The notes under the pieces: generated by a model
What the model was told of the DNA's origin: nothing
Database searches by the model: none
What the model saw: only the letters and a program-made list of their open reading frames with translations
Part shown: positions 24,232-37,600 of the stretch, piece after piece
Position numbering within the stretch: position 1 is the first letter of the stretch
Layout of the letters: each line of letters opens with the position of its first letter
DNA from: Pavona decussata
Taxonomy: Eukaryota
Assembly (NCBI GenBank): GCA_977016875.1
Contig: CDRNST010000443.1
Span: 1-64,000, forward strand
DNA: 64,000 nt
Direction: 5' to 3'
Translations under genes and position numbers: made by a program

Positions 24232-27070
24232 GTGGTCGTTGTAATTATGATTGACGAGAGCGTAAAACGCGCCAAATCCGTTACTTCAGCTTCTAACTTC
24301 AAGGTTCACATGTTATTTAAAAGCGCAATAACATGTTTAGTTTTAGCAGTGAGACTGGGTGTGGTAGTTTTCGTTGTTTTTCTCTTAATGAAGCCTGAAG
24401 CCGCCGTCGTTGCTAATAACGGCTCAATCTAGATTTAAATAAAAATAAAACGTACGAATTCTTTTCTTCTGAGAATGAAAGTACTTAATCCATGTTTTGG
24501 AGGAGACTGCATTCGCATTGAATTAAATTGAAGAAAGTAAATTATCATATTTGATTACCAAAGATTATTTATCTCCCTACAATGATCTATTTCATATGTA
24601 CTATTTATATTTACGTAACAGAGACAGACCATATGTATCTTGCGAGTACTGTAAACTGAATGGCACATCATCAAAATAGTTTTAGTGCCAAGGCCTCGAC
24701 CTCTGAGGGCAAAACAAACTTCCATTCCTTCACTTTTACCAATTTTGAAAGATAACCTTCCAAACATATTTTAATCAACTGTGTCACAGATTATTCGCAG
24801 TTTAATTTCATAGAGTGTCTGGCAGCCAATTCTAGACATGAATGATACAAGAAAAATCAATGGCAAAATAAGGTTTGCCTATAACTTCATGATGTATTCC
24901 ATTTGGTGTACCCTTGCTCCGGAGGCACGTTGTCTAAATAATAAAAAATGAGCAAATAACCGCATTGGCGGATACCCAGCGTACATTGGTGGTGACTTGC
25001 TTCATGCTAAAGAGACGCAGGCTTCAATAAACTGCGACAAATTCGGGAGGCGCAGTCGACCAATACTCCGTCTAGCTTAGGTGTGAATGTTCTTCTGGTA
25101 TAAGAAGGCCAATTACGTCTGGGAGACCTTCTCAAATAACTTCGCTAGACGACTGACTTAAGGATTCTGTTTCTCAAAACTATCAACCATTTTCGATATA
25201 TTTGTACAAAATATTTACAGTTAGGACGTTTGGATCAACGATTCAGTTGAAACTCACCAATATTGTGGAGTTCTGATCTTGCTGTTGAAGCTTAATGAGA
25301 CTTTAAGTACGTCAAGAGATCACTGATGTATGAAGAAATCTTCTGGAGGGCGCCTCAGTTTTTAATAGAACAGACATCTAATCCCTAGTGATCCTGGTTT
25401 CAATGCTTTTCTTTCTTTTTCCCCTTCATTTTACACAAGCCAAATGTACTTCGGTGACTCGTTGTTTCCACTAATTAAACGACTCACAATGAATTGACAT
25501 TAAAAGGCAAAGTTAATTGAACTTTTACGACTGGCGTAGTTAAAATACCTTGTGTTTGATCATTCGCTTTGAATGAAAAAGTAAAAAGTTCTTACATTAA
25601 CTATCAACTCATAAAATGTCATTATCCCTGCTGTGAAAAGTGTTTTTTAGCGGTTGTTGTAATAACGAATGACGGGAGCGTAAAACGAACGAAATCCGTT
25701 ACTTCGGCTCCTAACTTTAAGGTTCACATGTTATTTAAAAGCGCAAAAACATATTGAGTTTTAGCAGTGAGACTGGGCGTCGTAGTGTTCGTTGTTCTTT
25801 CTCTCGATGAAGTCAAAAGCCGCCCTTGTTGCCCAATTTAGATTTACATGAAGATAACAAAAAGAAGAAGAAGAAGAAGAAGAAGAAGAAGAGAGAAGAA
25901 TTCTTTTCTTCCGATATTGAATTGAAAAAAGTAAATTATCATATTTGTTTACCAAAGATTATTTATCTCCATACAACGTTCTCTTTATATGTAGTATTTA
26001 TATTTACGTAACAGAGACAGACCATATGTATCTTGCGAGTACTGTAAACTGAATGGCACATCGTCAAAACAGTTTCGATTCAGTACCATTACGTCGATCT
26101 CTGAAGGCAAACCAAACTTCCATTCCTTCATTTTAACCAAATTTGAAAGATAACATCCCAAACATATTTTGTAAAACTTAAATCACCTGTGTTACAAATC
26201 AATCGCTTGACCGGCTAAGTCGTACTTTTGACCCTGAATTGAGACTTAAGTATTTTCGGTTCAACGCCTATCTTCTCTGAGTTAGAACAATGGGGATCAA
26301 GATAGATAGCTTGCGTGGCGGGCTGTTTTGTTGGTATGCGCAATAGCTCACTAAATGAAGCATTCTCAGGTTTCAATAAACTTCTTCTGATGTTTACCAT
26401 TCGGGAGGCGCGGTCGACTAAAACTGTCCTAGATTAGGTTTCAGTGTTAAGTCTGGGAGACCTTCTTAAGGGTTTTTTTTTTCAAACTGACTACCAGCCA
26501 TTTTCGATATATTAAACAAATTATTGAACAATAAGGACGTTTGCACATACGATTCTATGGGAACACAGCAATATTGCAGAGACTCTGATGTTGCTGTTGC
26601 AGCTTAATGAGACTAAAGGCCTCTTCATATGAGCCCGGTCGACCGGGCTGGCTCGGTTTCTGAGATCTTGCCTCGCCACTCTTTTCTTTACAAAAATTTC
26701 GATGTGTTCATATGAAAAGGCGGGCTGGCCAGGTTACCGAGATCACGGTTTTTGCGACCGAGATCACGGTAACCGAGCAGGAAATTTTCTCCATATATAT
26801 GGACACTCTAGCCCGGATACCGGGACTGTCCATGACCAAACATTTTCAACTACGCATGGATTGTAAGGTCACTGACAAGGTCACTGACAAGTCGCCTTTT
26901 GGACATTTTTCATCTCGGTAACCGGGATTAAATTTCCCATATGAACGGAAGACAAAATTCGTCCCGCCTACCGGGCTCATATGAAGAGGCCCTTAAAGTA
27001 CATCAAGATATCACTGATTTATGAAGAAATCTCCTCGAGGGCTCCTTTTAACAGCACAGACATCTAATCC
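24232..27070. repeat. Macrosatellite array A (2 partly deleted units of the ~1.6-kb repeat; last unit interrupted by a MITE)
   Basis: Unit markers GAGACTGGG(C/T)GT at ~24351 and ~25769; same sequence as array B. Confidence 0.88.
26617..26992. mobile_element. PIF/Harbinger-type MITE (truncated second copy at 45608-45809)
   Basis: TIR GGCCTCTTCATATGAGCCCGGT...ACCGGGCTCATATGAAGAGGCC; flanked by TAA/TTA; empty site GAGACTTAAAGTAC is seen in other satellite units. Confidence 0.85.
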
Positions 27071-28350
27071 GTAATTAATTGTTAATAAAAGTGCTCAAAA
27101 CAGGAATCTACAGGCTTTTAAAACTCAATAAAGATCTCCCAGTGATGTTTTCATAATTGGGACCATATTCTCTGCAGGATGCCTGAATTAACTTCAAAAG
27201 ATCGTTTCAATATGCCAAGCGTATGAATATGAATAAACATCAAATCAATATGAAAAAAAATCAAATCTCCGGCTGCCTCGCGACACGGCATTTCACGAAA
27301 TGCGGAATTCTCGAAAAGGTTTCATTGTTATTTTCGTAAATAGTTCACTAAAGGGGGGTGGGGGTCCTGACAAAATATGAAGAAATATGAAGACTTCGTC
27401 CAAGACTCGCTTAACCTGTCGACTCTTACGAAACGTTTTTTAAAATTTAACACGGAAAAGATGTGCAATGTTATTTTTGGTTGCAAAGGTTAGTTCTGTG
27501 ACAGCGTCTGACAGGCTGAAGTATGACCACTGCAAATACAACGAAATCCTTCTTTGAGATCGATTTCCCAATCACAATTTGACGATAGTTTACAGAAAAC
27601 TAACGATGGACCCAAGACGATATCCCCACACCAAGGAAATACCAGTTTGATTTATTATATTGAGCGTGTACGTTACACACTGTATGCCCGAGAAAATGTC
27701 AAATAAAGAAGCTCTGCATTGTACAATTTAGAAGTCTCACAATCTCAACATTCTGAAACACCGACTGACACGTGTTCTGCAAGCAGTTTGGTCCATTTTA
27801 AACTTTCGCTTGATGCTATTTGGCAAAAACATGGCTAATCTAGCCAGAAGTTGTGAGAAAATCCTTCAAGGTGAGTCCAGGAGGCTGTAACGGCCACTAA
27901 GTAATCTTCTAAGCAGTAAACAACTGAAAACAGCAGATCAACTGACTCCAAAACTCTCCAAAGAGTAGCTGCCTGCACGAAAACACGCAACAGTCAGCGG
28001 TAGTCAGAACAGATCATGAGCAACTATTGATCTTATAGAATCCAGATTTTGAAAGAGCGAAGACGCGCGTGGGAATTACTAAAGTCACGAAGGCTTTTAC
28101 ATAAAAACAACTGCGGTGACCCCCTTTTTTAACTCGTGAATGCGCGCATGCGCAATGAACGAGTTATAGCGATAGCTGACTCTCGACTTGGTCGATCAGT
28201 CGATCAGTCGGTTTTGTCGTTAACTTTCGGGCGTGCGCAGTGAATGAGTTTTAAATTCAATTAGTGGAAAAAAACACGCGAACATTTGTTGTTCATGGCG
28301 CATCAGGAAATTCTTATTCAATATGTAGAGAATAATTTGACGATCATTTA

Positions 28351-28645
28351 AGCCGCCGTTACACGTTGAAACTTTTAGCTGAAACTTGTGTGCAACGGCG
28401 CTGCGAAACACGTTTCAACAGGCGTTGCACCGTGTAACACGGTCGGTTTCGTGAAACTTTTTCGAACTCCCGTTGCGAGACAAGTTTCACGAAAAGTAGA
28501 ACCGCTTTCTACTTCTGCAACGGCTCGCAACGGTGGCACTGGTGAAAAAACAAGAGTTTCACCGTGTAACACCACTTCGTGAAACTGATCTCGTTTGCCG
28601 TTGCACACAAGTTTCAGCTAAAAGTTTCAACGTGTAACGGCGGCT
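28351..28645. mobile_element. PIF/Harbinger-type MITE with 49-bp perfect TIRs
   Basis: AGCCGCCGTTACACGTTGAAACTTTTAGCTGAAACTTGTGTGCAACGGC and its exact inverse; TTA TSD; an empty-site homologue lies at ~28805-28835. Confidence 0.92.
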
Positions 28646-30703
28646 TTAGTGCAAGAATGGCGATTTTTCGTTCAATCTGAGCAAAGTTTCAAGTTTTTTC
28701 AGTTTTTCAGAAAGTCCGGGGTCGTAAACTCAATTAGTGAAAAAAAAAAAAAGGTGAAAATTTGTTTCACGACGCGTCAGAATTCTCTCATTCATTCTGT
28801 AGAGAATAATTTGACAATCATTTTAGTGTAAGAATGGAGATTTTTCGTTGAATCTGAGCAAAGTTATAGGATTTTTTCGTTTTTTTCTACGAAGTGCGGT
28901 TTCTTTCAAGAATTAAAAATAATTTAATTTAAAAATAATTTAATTAAAAAATAATTTAATTTGTCAGTTTTCACGCGAAAGCGGAACGTGCCATGTCACG
29001 CATCATTGACGTCGTAAACAAAATTATGCAAATTTCTGGTGAAATGAACACTTTTAAGATCTTGTCAGCTTTCATAGAGGTTTCACAGGGAAAAAATGTT
29101 TCATTTTCGAAATTTACAACTGGAAATTTATGGGAAAGCAAAAGGACGCGGTCGATAAATAATTCTTATTTAACAAGAGCTTGTAATAGTTCATTATTCT
29201 TACTTGAGGATTGCGTGGACTGAACTCCAAAGGAAAAATTTCACGCATTTATGTCGGGCATGAAATGTAATGCGATACTTTGTTGAACATATTTCCCTTT
29301 GTGAGATCGGCTTGCCCTACAGTAATTTTGTAATTTTAATTCCAAAAAGAACTTCACTTGCCCATCGGGCAAGTGATGGTTAGAATCCACTAGCCCGATC
29401 GCGAAATCCAGTAGCCCCGGACTATCGGGGACACGAATTTGCATGACGTAGCTGCACATGGCGTGCTCCTATGAACTTTGAATAAAAAAAAACACGTGAT
29501 TTTTTTTAATCGGCGCATCATAATAATCGGCTTATTCAATCTGTACAGAATAATTTGACAATCATTTTAATAGTACAAGAATGGTCATTTTTCGTTACAT
29601 AATCGGGCAAAGATATAATTTCTTTTAGCTTTTGAGGAAGTTTCCGTAGCCGTCTAAATTTCAATTACTATGTGTCATCTGCATTCACGAGTTGGCTCAC
29701 AGGCCGCCTTTGATTATTGTTTCAATATGATATTATTATTGAGAGGAAACATCAGAAAAAAAATTTAAAAAATCTTCGGTAGAAAATTTTCACTGCGTAA
29801 AAGTTATCTTTTTCCCCAATTTACAAAAAATCCGTTCCGTAGAATTTTTTTAAAATCATTGTGCATTTTCCTTTTCAAAGGCCGAAAGCTATTATTAAAA
29901 AAAAAAAAACAGGGGGTCACCGGGTTAATTTTTTAATTATTAGTGCCACGAGCTAAAAAGTAGGTCTGAATAGTTCTTGGAAAACGTTGCCATGGAAACC
30001 GCCAGTGCCGAAATAACACTATAAATTATATAATTCACCCCTACAAAAGTGTTACAATGGCCTTGGTTGATCTTTTTGTCCTATTCTTTCAAAGTCATAA
30101 ACTGTCAAAAAGCTGAAAACTGGTACCAGCCACCTTAACGAATGCATTTGGCGAATATAGAATGTTTATAGGGCTATTCTACGTCACATAAATGGGGAGA
30201 AACGACTAGAAAGGACAAAAGACTACTTCACTGTGAGTAATTCAACTTTATTTGAAATAAATGCAATCTTTATTTAGTCGAAACCCGTGTTTCCTATAGC
30301 CCATGGCATAACACTCTATTTTACGAGCATAATCCGACAGACCCTAGACAAAAATCAAAATTGAGACAAACGTCTCACTTTTTTGGCGCGAAATTTCACG
30401 TCGAACGGTTTGCGCCATGGCGGCAAAATCGGGTGCAGTGGTAAGTGGAACTCATTTTCGACGCAAATGCTTCAGTCGATAAGTCTCTTTCGAGTGTATA
30501 AGAGTTGTTAATTCCTATTTTTTTGAAAAGAAAACAAATGGACCATCCGTCACGTCTTTCTTAGTACCCAAGAAAGCGCCTTTTCGAAAAGCAATTTGAA
30601 GCTTTTGAAATGTGAAAATTAATTGAAAACGCTAAAAAAAAAAAAGAAAGAAAGAAATATCCTAAGAAAAATTAACAAAAACTTTAATTTCTGTAGCCAC
30701 CTT

Positions 30704-30867
30704 NNNNNNNNNNNNNNNNNNNNNNNNNNNNNNNNNNNNNNNNNNNNNNNNNNNNNNNNNNNNNNNNNNNNNNNNNNNNNNNNNNNNNNNNNNNNNNNNN
30801 NNNNNNNNNNNNNNNNNNNNNNNNNNNNNNNNNNNNNNNNNNNNNNNNNNNNNNNNNNNNNNNNNNN
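30704..30867. other. Assembly gap (164 N)
   Basis: N run. Confidence 1.
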
Positions 30868-31219
30868 AAGCAATTGGAACTTCAACTCTGACATACTTTG
30901 TTTACCAAAATAGCCTTTATTTTTCATTTTGTCGCCTAATACACACAATGCACTAAATAGTGCCTCACACTACTGTTGCGACAAAACTGCGGTACTGCTG
31001 ATGGCCGCCACACTCGTGCATCCTGTTCAGAAATAACTCTCACTATTCAACGGTACTGTAGAAACAAAAAGAGAACCATCATTATTTAGGGTACTTGTAA
31101 CCTTTGGAAAAGAATTTACTCCATTATCACCTGTATCATGAATAAATTGACGTAAAACTTATTAGAGCGGTTGTCAATTGAGTGTCGAAAATAACAACGC
31201 GTTTGCTTTGGTTTTGCAT

Positions 31220-31682
31220 CTAAAAAAAGTACAAAAAAATCTTTTAAAGGATCCCTAAAAGGAAAGTTATTTGATACACTTGAAACTGTAGACTCCTATA
31301 TTGAAGTGGAAACGATAATTGACCAAATTGAAAACTAAAACTGATCATCCATGCTATTCTCTTTGTATAAAAATACTGAGATTATACTGAGATATTCTCA
31401 GTATAATCTGATTCTCCTTTTCCCTTTTCATCTCCTTTCTATTGTAATATTAATGATAATAAAAAATTACGTATAATTTACTTTAATTATGATGTATAGC
31501 CTTATCTAAATCTGCGTTATTATGTAAAGTTAAGTTTTCCGTTTGCCAGCATGTTTGTAATTTTCTGTTTGTAATAATTATTAACTCACACAGCCCGCCT
31601 CGATTAGCTCTGCTTAATGCGGGCTGTGTGTATTCCTGTAAAAGATATGAATATTAAATAAAGTTGTTGTTGTTGTTGTTGT
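31220..31682 (+). mobile_element. 5'-truncated CR1/L2-group LINE 3' end
   Basis: ORF end ...KKSFKGSLKGKLFDTLETVDSYIEVETIIDQIEN* (stop 31336-31338), 12-bp stem hairpin 31587-31630, AATAAA plus (GTT)n tail; absent from the homologous MITE at 7242-7527. Confidence 0.8.
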
Positions 31683-32546
31683 TCGGTTAACAAAACTCGC
31701 GCTACTTTCTTAACCAATGGGAATACAAACCAAAACCAATCGTGTTTTCGCCGCACGCGTTTTCCCGCGCTTGGCGTCAGACACATGTATTTGCTTCTAT
31801 TTGTGATTGGCTCGTTGTGTTGTTTACAACTGTTGTGATTGGCCAGAGTAATTACTTTGGTTTTGGTTTTACGACACTCAATTGGAAACCGCTCTGTTGT
31901 CATTTTTCTTTTACTGTTCACGTTTCCTGCTTTTGGGTTATTTTTCTTACCTGGGAGCTTGTAGCTTTGGTTGGGAGTTTTAATATCGACTTGTTTATGC
32001 CTTACTTTAGTTGGAGCATTTCCATGGCAATTAATTATTTGGCTTGGCAGTCGTGACCATTGCAAAGAACAACTGCTATATCATTTAACTTCCAGTCCAT
32101 AAGCATGACAGAGGGGTTGTAGAACATGGTTACATGCGCCATATTCACGTACCGTGAAAACTATTGCCGGTACAGATTACTGTGATTCTCGGTAGCGTCA
32201 GTGCTGATACTTTACTCACTGCAATTAATTAGTTTTGATTTTTTTTTTTTTTGATTAAGTTATTGAAATTGCTACTTAGAAATGTTGCTGTCGCCTGATT
32301 ACAGTACTAAAAGAAACGGCACTGGCCTTTACATAAAGGTATCAACAGCCGCTGTTTTCTTTTGTAACTTACCATGACCCGTATCTAGTGTGACACATGC
32401 AGCACTTTAACCCGCCGCAGACCGAGGCTGTTAATGTTAGCTCTCCAGTCTTGCATTTGGATCGGCATTTTTTGGAGAAGGCACCTTCTGTTTCAGCGCC
32501 ACTGCCGCAGTCGGCTTGGGTAAGAAAATAAAAATTGTGTTAGAGT

Positions 32547-32628
32547 TACTCTACTTCCAGCAGCCTTTTGTGCCGGAGTCACGTAACGCTCCCCGTGACT
32601 CCGGCCTGAGCGGCTGCGAAGGAGACTA
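32547..32628. mobile_element. 82-bp TIR element with 9-bp TSD (copies 769-850, 8164-8245, 15559-15640)
   Basis: Right end CGGCTGCGAAGGAGACTA with a degenerate inverse at the left end; flanks TGTTAGAGT / TGTGAGAGT. Confidence 0.65.
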
Positions 32629-33311
32629 TGTGAGAGTCGGATGAGATTAAAAATCCATAAGAGGAATCACTTGCTAGAATCTTCTTACATGTAGTTAGAA
32701 CAACCAAGTTGTATTAGTCCTCAACTATTAACATTGTGTTGGAGTCGGAATTAATCCTGTGCGTAATTGTAACATATTGCAATTTGCTTTTTGAATGATC
32801 CCAACTCACTCCCTATTTAGATATTATTATCTTCACTCTTAATTTATAATGTATTAATTTCTTTATGTCAATTCTAATCTGTATCCTCTGTAAAGCTGAG
32901 CTGAGATAAATTAAAATACATTTTGAATTTTTGAACTTGAATTTCCTCAACGCTCATCAGCTCACGGCACATTTTACTGCCAATTCTCCTTTCTGATTGC
33001 CAATTACCCTAATTTCCCTTTACATCTTCAGTTAGTTCTGAAAACTTGGTGTTATATAAGGACTCTGAGTTCTCATTAGTATCCTGTTTGACAATGTATT
33101 TCGGGAGTATTTTGAGGAGAAGTTACATATTGATCACTTCTAGGAGCCAAAATGCAAAGGGTTAAGATTAATTACATAAATAGTTGTGTATGTTACTTAG
33201 CATACGAAACGTCAATTTATTTTAAAAATTCGTTGGTTGACCCTGTTTGTCACGGCGCTGCCAGTTGTGTTATACATATTTTTTTTGAATCAAGCTACGA
33301 AGGCCTAAATA

Positions 33312-33345
<34 letters not shown>

Positions 33346-34659
33346 AGCAAAACAGGGACAGACAAATCTGATATTTGTGAATTCCTTCTATAAACCATAC
33401 ATGATAATTATTAATCAATAATTAATAATGTTATATAATTACTAATAAAGATTCTCAAAGGTTGTATGTAACAGACTTTTCGATGTCTCCATACACGACA
33501 TTTATAAATCATGGTTTTGTAGTTCAGTTCTTGCATGTGAAGTAACTTCTTTTATTAAAAAACCTCACACTAAATTCCATGATTTCATATTGTCGGCTTG
33601 GTATCTGAAAGCGTTTTGCCGAGCTTTAAATTTAGATTTAGAGTGTCTAGGCGTTTCATCTTTCAATGTTCTGTGGAGGTTGAATCATGTTTTAATTTTA
33701 ACAGATGGAAAAAAAAGCTGGTAACTTCTAAGATCCGTCTTACTTGCTCGTTTGTTGAAAAAGTCCTCCATAATGCGATTGGAATGAGGCTTGTGCGGTT
33801 TGGCCAGAACCAATGCCACTTGGACAATAACAAAGGCCAAAATAAGCTTATTAATGCAAGTCATGATGACTGAAATGAAAAAGAAAAAAAGATATAAATA
33901 TGTATTAGTAAGGCAAAACGAAGCACAAGGAAACCAAACACAAACACATCACCGCTATTTAGTTATCAAGATTGTAACACAATATAAGCGCTCAGATCAA
34001 TATGTCACACATTTAAAACATACATACACACACATAAAATTCTCGATATATTCTCCCGCCATGTGCTACAAATAGTCAAGCAGGTTTTAGCGAGAATTTC
34101 TGGAAAACATTTTGATTGATTTCTTGAAGACCGTCAACATTATCAAACATCTCCTTGAAGCGACTGAGAGATGCATTTTACCTTCGGAAAGATAATGCTT
34201 GGTAGTTTGGTTCTGCTTAAAGTGCCCATGAAGTAAAAAAAATTGCGTTCTTTTAAAGTTTACCATGTCTTAATTACAAAATTATAAAAGAAATGTGCTA
34301 GAAAAAACAATAAGGTGCTGTTTTAGTCGTACAAAGTAGCCCAAAATGAGAAAAATAGTGTCCAGGGGACTGGGAACTAGTTTAGCGTGTGATGACGTAG
34401 GAAATCCCTCAGAGATTTGTTTATAACACATCTCGCCTTGTTGTTTAAACAGAATCACCCAATATTTTTATCGCGTTCTCAAGGTTTCCCCCAAAAAGAA
34501 ACTCGGACAATGACGAAGTATATCCTTTACCGAAAATTTTCCAACGGATATCTGAAAAAGTCGAGATATTTAGGCAAAATGAAAGTTATTGCAATCATTT
34601 GACCCGATGCGGATCATACTGGCGTCGAACAGCTTAAGAATAAGACGAGGACGAAGGTT

Positions 34660-37600
34660 TCGTAGTGGTCGTTGTAATTATTATTGACGGGAGCGTAAAA
34701 CGCGCCAAATCCGTTACTTCGGCTTCTAACTTCAAGGTTCACATGTTATTTAGAAGTGCAATAACATGTTTAGTTTGTAGCAGTAAGACTGGGCGTGGTA
34801 GGTTTCGTTGTTTTTTCTCTTAATGAAGCCAAAAGCCGCCGTCGTTGCTAATTACAACTCAATCTGGGTTTAAATAAAAATAAAACGAAAGAATTCTTTT
34901 CTTCTAATAATGGAAGTACTTAATCCATGTTTTGGAGGAGACTGTACTCGCATTGAATTTAATTGAAGAAGGTAAATTATCATATTTGTTTACCAAAGAT
35001 TATTTATCTTTCTACAATGATCTATTTCATATGTACTATTTATATTTATGTAACAGAGACAGACCATATGTATCTTGCGAGTACTGTAACCTGAATGGCA
35101 CATCATCAAAATAGTTTTAGTGCCAAGGCCTTGACCTCTGAGGGCAAAACAAACTTCTATTCCTTCACTTTTACCAATTTTGAAAGATAACCAGTTCCAA
35201 ACATATTTTGTAAAAACCTTAATCAACTGTGTCAAAAATTATTCGCTTGACCTCTCTCGTACTTTTGGCCCTGAATTTCTAGGTTTACTGAACTATTTTC
35301 GGTTGAACGCCAACCTACTCTGAGTTAGAAGAACAGGGTCAAGATAGATAACTTGCGTGGCTGTCGTATTCGCTGGTACGAGCAATAGCTAAATACGGTG
35401 GTGAATGAAGGTGGTGATGGCGTATACTCAGTGAAAAAAGTTTGATTTCATAGAGTGTCTGGTAGCCAACTCTCAGAAATGATACAAGAATATTCAATGG
35501 CAAAATAAGGTTTGCCTATAACTTCATGATGTATTGGTATTTCATTAGGGGTACCCTTGCTCCGGAGGCACGTTGTCTAAATAATAAAAAATGCGCAAAT
35601 AACTGCATTGGCGGATACCCAATGTACATTGTTGGTGACCTGGTTGACATGACATGGTTGTTCTTTCTCTCGATGAAGTCAAAAGCCGCCATCGTTGCGC
35701 AATTTAGATTTACATGAAAATGAGAAGAAGAAAGAAGAATTCTTTTCTTCCGATAATGGAAGTACTTAATCCATGTTTTGGAGAAGAGTGTATTCCAAAT
35801 GAAATGACGAAAGCAAATTATCATATTTGTTAACTAAAGATTCTTTATCTCCCTACGATGTTCTATTTCATATGTACTATTTATATTGATGTAACAGAGA
35901 CAGACCATATGTATTTTGCGAGTACTTTAAACTGAATGGCACATCATCAAAATAGTTTCAGTGCCAAATACATCGACCTCTGAGGGTAAAACAAACTTCT
36001 ATTCTTTCAATTTTGTTAATTTTAAAAGATAACTTTGCAAACATATTTTGTAAACACTTTAATCAAATGTGTCAAAAATTATTCGCTTGACCTCTCTCGT
36101 ACTTTTGGCCCTGAATTTAGGCTAGGCTGGACTATCGCCAACCTACTCTGAGTTAGAAGAACAGGGTCAAGATAAATAACCTGCGTGGCTATCGTATTCG
36201 CTGGTACGAGCATTACCTAAATACGCGAGCGGTGAACTCACGCTGCACTGCGAGGTCGGAATGAAGGCAATACTATCGTATATTTAGTGAAAAGAGTTTG
36301 ATTTCATAGAGTCAGTGTCTGGAAGCCAATTCTAGAAATGATACAAGAAAATTCAATTGCAAAATAAGGTTTGCCTATAACTTCATAATGTATTGGTATT
36401 TCATTAGGGTAACCCTAGCTCTAGAGGCACAGTTATCTAAATAACAAAAAATGAGCGAATAACCGCATTGGCGGGCACCCAATTTACATTAGTGGTGACT
36501 TGCTTCATGCTTAATCCGGAGACGCAGGCTTGAAAAAAAAACTATTTCAAATTCGGGAGGCGCAGTCGACAAATAACCTTGCTTAGGTGTGAATGTTGTT
36601 CTGGTATAACAAGGCCAATTAAATTTGGGAGACCTTAAATAATATCGCTAGACGACTGCATGACCTAAGGATTTTGTTTTCAAAACTACCAACCATTTCG
36701 ATATATTTCAATAGGACGTTTTCATGAACGATTCAAATGAAACTCACCAATATTGTGGAGTTCTGATCTTGCTGTTGCAGCTAAACGAGACTTAAAGTAC
36801 GTCAAGAGATCACTGATGTACGAAGAAATCTTCTGGAGGGCGCCTTTTTAATAGCACAGACATCTAATCCCTACGTGATCCTGGTTTCAATGCTTTTCTT
36901 TCTTTCTTTTTCTTTTCCTTTATTTTACACAAGCCAAATGTTCTTCGGTGACTCTTTGTTGCCACTAATCAAGCGGCTCACAATGAATTGACTTTAAAAG
37001 GCAAAGTTAATTGGACTTTTACGACTGGCGTAGTTAAAATACCTTGTGTGTCATCCTTCGCTTTAAATGTAAAAGACAAAAAGTTCTTAAATTAACTATC
37101 AACTCATAAAATGTCATTATCCCTGCTGTAAGAGGTTAAGTTTTTTAGCAGTCGTTGTAATTATGAATGCCCGGAGCGTAAAACACGCGAAATCCGTTGC
37201 TTTTGCTTCTAACTTTAAGGTTCCCATGTTTTTTTAAAAGGGCGATAACATGTTTAGTTTTAGCATTGAGACTGGGCGTGGTAGTGTTCGTTGTTCTTGC
37301 TCTCGATGAAGCCAAAAGCCGCCGTCGTTGCCCAATTTAGATTTACATGAAAATAAGAACAAGAAGAAAGAAGAATTCTTTTCTTCCGATAATGGAACTA
37401 CTAAATCCATGTTTTGGAGGAGAGAGCATTCGCATTGAATTGACGAAAGCAAATTATCATATTTGTTTACCAAAGATTATTTATCTCCCTTCAATGATCT
37501 ATTTCATATGTACTTTTTATATTTATGTAACAGAGACAAACCATATGTATCTTTCGAGTACTTTAAACCGAATGGCACATCATCAAAATAGTTCAGTTTA

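Larger units (their letters stand above)
14179..30701. mobile_element. Putative giant (~16.5 kb) non-autonomous cargo-carrying element bounded by 16-bp TIRs
   Basis: GGTGGCTACAGAAATT at 14179-14194 (also 6784) and AATTTCTGTAGCCACC at 30686-30701; the paralogous block begins right after it. No cognate transposase seen and TSD not demonstrable. Confidence 0.45.

Noticed and set aside
27100-30140. Possible host gene or transposase between array A and the gap
   Set aside because: I found only TE-like fragments, a short dispersed repeat and a MITE, with no consistent exon chain or motif on either strand.
30619-30948. ORFs spanning N-runs (also at 54551 and 59818-60131)
   Set aside because: Artefacts of translating through gaps, apart from the real CMIP exon at 60084-60164.
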